Positions 61,331 to 64,000 of a stretch of 64,000 nucleotides of DNA are shown in pieces. The notes under the pieces were generated by a model. The model searched no databases and was not told the origin of the DNA. It was given only the letters and a program-made list of their open reading frames with translations. This DNA is from a virus (Duplodnaviria; Caudoviricetes): the IMG/VR virus record IMGVR_UViG_3300025018_000001; one strand, given 5' to 3'. The stretch's first letter is position 1; each line of letters starts with the position of its first letter. The position numbers were made by a program, and so were the translations under genes.

Positions 61331-61894
61331 TTATTGTATATCTGCCATAGAACTTTCTAGTTTTAAATGTATACCAGTTTCATCTACTCTAAAAGTCTCA
61401 AACCTTACTTTACCTTTTCCTACTAAATCTCTAACTTTTCTTTGACTGGCACTTAGTTTTGCTTTACCAGACTTAAATTCTATAAAAATTATAGCATCTT
61501 CTTCTATTTGTAACCCATCACAAGGCCAGCCTAAAAAATGAAAAGATTTGTGGTCATACATGTACCCGTTAGTAAAAGGTAATAGTTGTTCTGAAATTTG
61601 TCCTAAGCGTACCTCACTAGATTTCTTTTGGCTAATAACCGTATTATTCTTTGTCTTAAGCCTCTCTATGCCAATGTTTTGTGTATTAATTTCTGAACGT
61701 TGGCTTAGTATAAGATTTTTCTGCTGCTCAACCAACTCATTCAAATCTAATAACTCTGCTTTTGTTTGTTCAGAAAGCTCCAGTGCATTTTGTAACTTCT
61801 TGTTATTTTTGCTTACTAACCTTTTAAAGAATATATAACACAACAAAACTATAGCTAGTATAATAGTTATGTTCATAAGTGCAATTGATGTCAT
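61331..61894 (-). CDS. Archaeal-type Holliday junction resolvase-like PD-(D/E)xK nuclease with N-terminal TM/coiled coil
   Basis: SQKKSSEVRLGQISEQLLPF, FLG-x-P-x-D, FIEFKSG...Q. Confidence 0.82.
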   Translation of the reverse strand: MTSIALMNITIILAIVLLCYIFFKRLVSKNNKKLQNALELSEQTKAELLDLNELVEQQKNLILSQRSEINTQNIGIERLKTKNNTVISQKKSSEVRLGQISEQLLPFTNGYMYDHKSFHFLGWPCDGLQIEEDAIIFIEFKSGKAKLSASQRKVRDLVGKGKVRFETFRVDETGIHLKLESSMADIQ

Positions 61895-61896
61895 TG

Positions 61897-62487
61897 TTAA
61901 TTCTCATTCCTTACACAAGATACGTAAGAAGTCATAGCATCATACCCTTCCTGCACACCCCTTGTTGTAGCAGCAAAAGAGAATGTAGACTTGGTTTCAA
62001 ATGAGTAAGTTTTTGCTGTTTTAAACACATCTTGATTAGCACCAATGAATACAAACTCCCAACCAAACTGCTCTTTACGTTGCTCAATCAAAGCCTTGAC
62101 CTGTGCAGCTGTAAACTCTTTAGATGAGTTCTCCTCACCATCAGTTATAACACATACAATAACTTTGGCTGGTCGGTCTTTAGCCTTCATAGCCAACATC
62201 TGCTGACCAACTTTGTTGATAACATTACCAAGAGTGTCATTCAAAGCTGTAGAACCGTTAGGTGAGTAGTTAGCAAAACTTAGTAAGCTAATATCCTCTA
62301 AAGGCTCATTGTCTGCAAGGTACTCATAAGTATTGTCAAATAAACAAACTGTAGCTAGTGCCTTACCTTTTATTTCACGTTGCGCTTTTACAAAATTATT
62401 AAAGCCGTCAATAGCTCCCTGCTTAATTGCTGACATGGAACCACTCTTGTCTACTACCATTGCGATAAATGTTAAATTCTTTTTCAT
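61897..62487 (-). CDS. vWA domain protein
   Basis: VDKSGSM (MIDAS), TALND, ITDGEENSS, FIGAN; start at MKKNL (62487). Confidence 0.9.
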   Translation of the reverse strand: MKKNLTFIAMVVDKSGSMSAIKQGAIDGFNNFVKAQREIKGKALATVCLFDNTYEYLADNEPLEDISLLSFANYSPNGSTALNDTLGNVINKVGQQMLAMKAKDRPAKVIVCVITDGEENSSKEFTAAQVKALIEQRKEQFGWEFVFIGANQDVFKTAKTYSFETKSTFSFAATTRGVQEGYDAMTSYVSCVRNEN

Positions 62488-62492
62488 TGTAC

Positions 62493-62795
62493 TTACCCCC
62501 GTTGGAATATTGTATTTATTGTTTTTTCTTGCTTCTCTTTTAGTATATAGTATATCATAATACCTAACCATATTGCGTTGGCTACGGCTATAAAAATACC
62601 TCCTAAAAAAGATGCCCATTGACCAAGATGTGGATAATAATATAGATTCCATATGGACCAAGTACTAAAGAATGCCACAGCTCTCCAATCCACACCTTTA
62701 ACCTTTTTTTCTTTTAGTAAATTTAAAATACTTAGTAGTATAAATGGTGCACCTAGTAGTTCATAAGTACCATTTATAACGTCTTGCCAAGTCAT
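62493..62795 (-). CDS. Small three-helix membrane protein (PQ-loop/SemiSWEET-like)
   Basis: Hydrophobic helices; K-x-VKGV-x-W...W-x-x-W pattern. Confidence 0.5.
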   Translation of the reverse strand: MTWQDVINGTYELLGAPFILLSILNLLKEKKVKGVDWRAVAFFSTWSIWNLYYYPHLGQWASFLGGIFIAVANAIWLGIMIYYILKEKQEKTINTIFQRG

Positions 62796-62800
62796 TATAA

Positions 62801-62811
62801 CCCCCCCCCCC
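62801..62811 (-). repeat. G11 homopolymer at the RBS position
   Basis: 11 consecutive C on the + strand, 6 nt before the ATG at 62795. Confidence 0.8.
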
Positions 62812-62817
62812 TAATAG

Positions 62818-63519
62818 TTATTCCTGCGCTGCGTCCTCTTCATAGTCTAATCTTTTATGATATATATTAGATATTTCTGATGTCAGAATTTTCCTTATTA
62901 CTCTTAATTGCCCAAGTGATAATATATCTAACTGTTCATCCTCTATCATACCATTTATGAGTCTATCTATTGTTGCCTTGTAGTCATTTAGTTTTCCACC
63001 ATTAGCTAAGGCCCTACAAGCGCTTTCTACAACATCACAACACATCAATATACATGATTCTACCGAAGTAGGTTTGGAAGACCTATACTTAAAATGGTCC
63101 TCCACAATTACACCTTCGTATAATTCTTTAGCTTTTAGATATATAGATTTTATAGTACTATTACCATGATGCTCACTCACTATTTTTATAACTTCTTGTG
63201 GCACATCTAACTGTATCAACTTTAACACACTGTCAGACAAATGCCTAGATATAAACTGGAACGAAACTTGTGGGTCTAATTTGTCATGTGGATTTATACC
63301 ATTTGATTGATTCTCTATAAAATTATCAGGGTTTAAACATTTACCAATATCATGTAAAGTAGCTGCTAATATTAAAGCATCTGTATTTAAATCCAACTCT
63401 TTGGATAAAGGTTCACATAATTGTGCTACATTTTGGCAGTGTCTGAATGTACCAGGTGCTATCTCTTTAAATCTATCCAGTACATGTACACTACTTAGTA
63501 AAAACTCTTTAGTATCCAT
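62818..63519 (-). CDS. Second stand-alone HDIG phosphohydrolase (PgpH/7TM-HD-like)
   Basis: APGTFRH, LHDIGK, ENQ...NPHD, EHHG, KP-x-SVES-x-ILM-x-CD. Confidence 0.85.
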   Translation of the reverse strand: MDTKEFLLSSVHVLDRFKEIAPGTFRHCQNVAQLCEPLSKELDLNTDALILAATLHDIGKCLNPDNFIENQSNGINPHDKLDPQVSFQFISRHLSDSVLKLIQLDVPQEVIKIVSEHHGNSTIKSIYLKAKELYEGVIVEDHFKYRSSKPTSVESCILMCCDVVESACRALANGGKLNDYKATIDRLINGMIEDEQLDILSLGQLRVIRKILTSEISNIYHKRLDYEEDAAQE

Positions 63520-63671
63520 TTTATTGCCTATTATGAAGAATTATTTATTAATTACTGATATATTATTACCAGCCATTGAAGGTACCATTATACCAAATAT
63601 ACAATAGAGTGTCAATACTAATAATGCGTATAAATAAAGCTAATAAAATCCCTCATACCTGTTATCTTGGT

Positions 63672-63998
63672 TTAATTACTTAAAGCCACCTCATATTTTT
63701 TACAAGGTAGTTCACAGAATATAGATAGTTCACAAGCTATTTCTACTGCTTTATCTACATCGTGCCCTAAGTGGAGAGCAGCAAGAGCGAAGTCCATCCC
63801 AGCACCTATAGCAGAAAAGTTGAATATTTCTTCTACAAAGAAGCTCTGGACTCCGAACACGTGGCTATCAACAATAAATATATAATCATTGTTAATAGTA
63901 GGGGAGTTGGTTTTCTTGTTTTTCCAATCCGAGAACTCTGATAAAAAATTAATCAGTGCCGCTTCAGATGCTTGCTCTGGTCTACGTGTACTACAAAA
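63672..63998 (-). CDS. Partial Ntn-hydrolase / proteasome-beta (HslV-like) fold protein, runs off window
   Basis: Frame open to the window edge; C-terminal SAIGAG-x-x-FALAAL-x-LG...AVE-x-A. Confidence 0.55.
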   Translation of the reverse strand, partial: FCSTRRPEQASEAALINFLSEFSDWKNKKTNSPTINNDYIFIVDSHVFGVQSFFVEEIFNFSAIGAGMDFALAALHLGHDVDKAVEIACELSIFCELPCKKYEVALSN

Positions 63999-64000
63999 TA

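Noticed and set aside
13487-62661. Long ORF-track starts at 13487, 17729, 26875, 37004, 38500, 40727, 45803, 54089 and 62661
   Set aside because: Downstream ATGs have better SD or ATGA coupling; the longer versions overlap other genes or RNAs.
748-63607. Short antisense ORFs nested in long genes (for example 748-930, 10389-10649, 21123-21566, 39174-39509, 55409-55885, 61548-61838)
   Set aside because: Shadow frames opposite well-supported genes.
1-64000. CRISPR array, transposase/IS element, integrase or retron RT
   Set aside because: No regularly spaced identical repeats and no DDE, tyrosine recombinase or YxDD RT motifs were noticed.
1-64000. Stop-codon reassignment
   Set aside because: Conserved enzymes are full length in code 11, with TAA, TAG and TGA all used as stops; no complete suppressor tRNA was found.

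Overview
About 64 kb of an AT-rich large phage genome (standard genetic code). Genes run on the + strand to 56.3 kb, then on the - strand after a strong converging hairpin. No structural genes or CRISPR arrays are present. The window has five blocks. (1) 2-25 kb: an expanded phiEco32-type amide-bond toolkit (four COOH-NH2 ligases, ATP-grasp, class I and class II glutamine amidotransferases, GGCT, GNAT). It is interrupted by a single-chain two-barrel RNA polymerase, SSB and an SF2 helicase, and followed by RuvB. (2) 27.5-44.4 kb: an RNA-rich accessory region with about 9 tRNA genes and a Ro60/TROVE gene. It holds a family of Y-RNA-like elements, four built into complete tRNA bodies and three stand-alone, most with a short stem-loop that is anticodon-like in four cases. 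It also holds a ~365-nt RNA carrying the three segments of the 23S rRNA L11-binding (GTPase-associated) centre, several other structured RNAs, a fifth small ligase, a (p)ppGpp-hydrolase-like HD protein and a PgpH-like HD protein. (3) 44-48 kb: an NAD salvage module (NadM-Nudix, NAMPT, macrodomain) whose two main genes share a leader motif. (4) 48-53 kb: two radical SAM genes (one split at a TA microsatellite) and two RNA ligases. (5) Minus-strand end: MetAP, PRPP synthetase, HNH, Holliday-junction-resolvase-like, vWA, a second PgpH-like HD protein and a partial Ntn-fold gene. A PEP-CTERM protein suggests a Gram-negative exosortase-containing host. All calls come from manual motif and base-pair reading; no database searches or folding programs were run.
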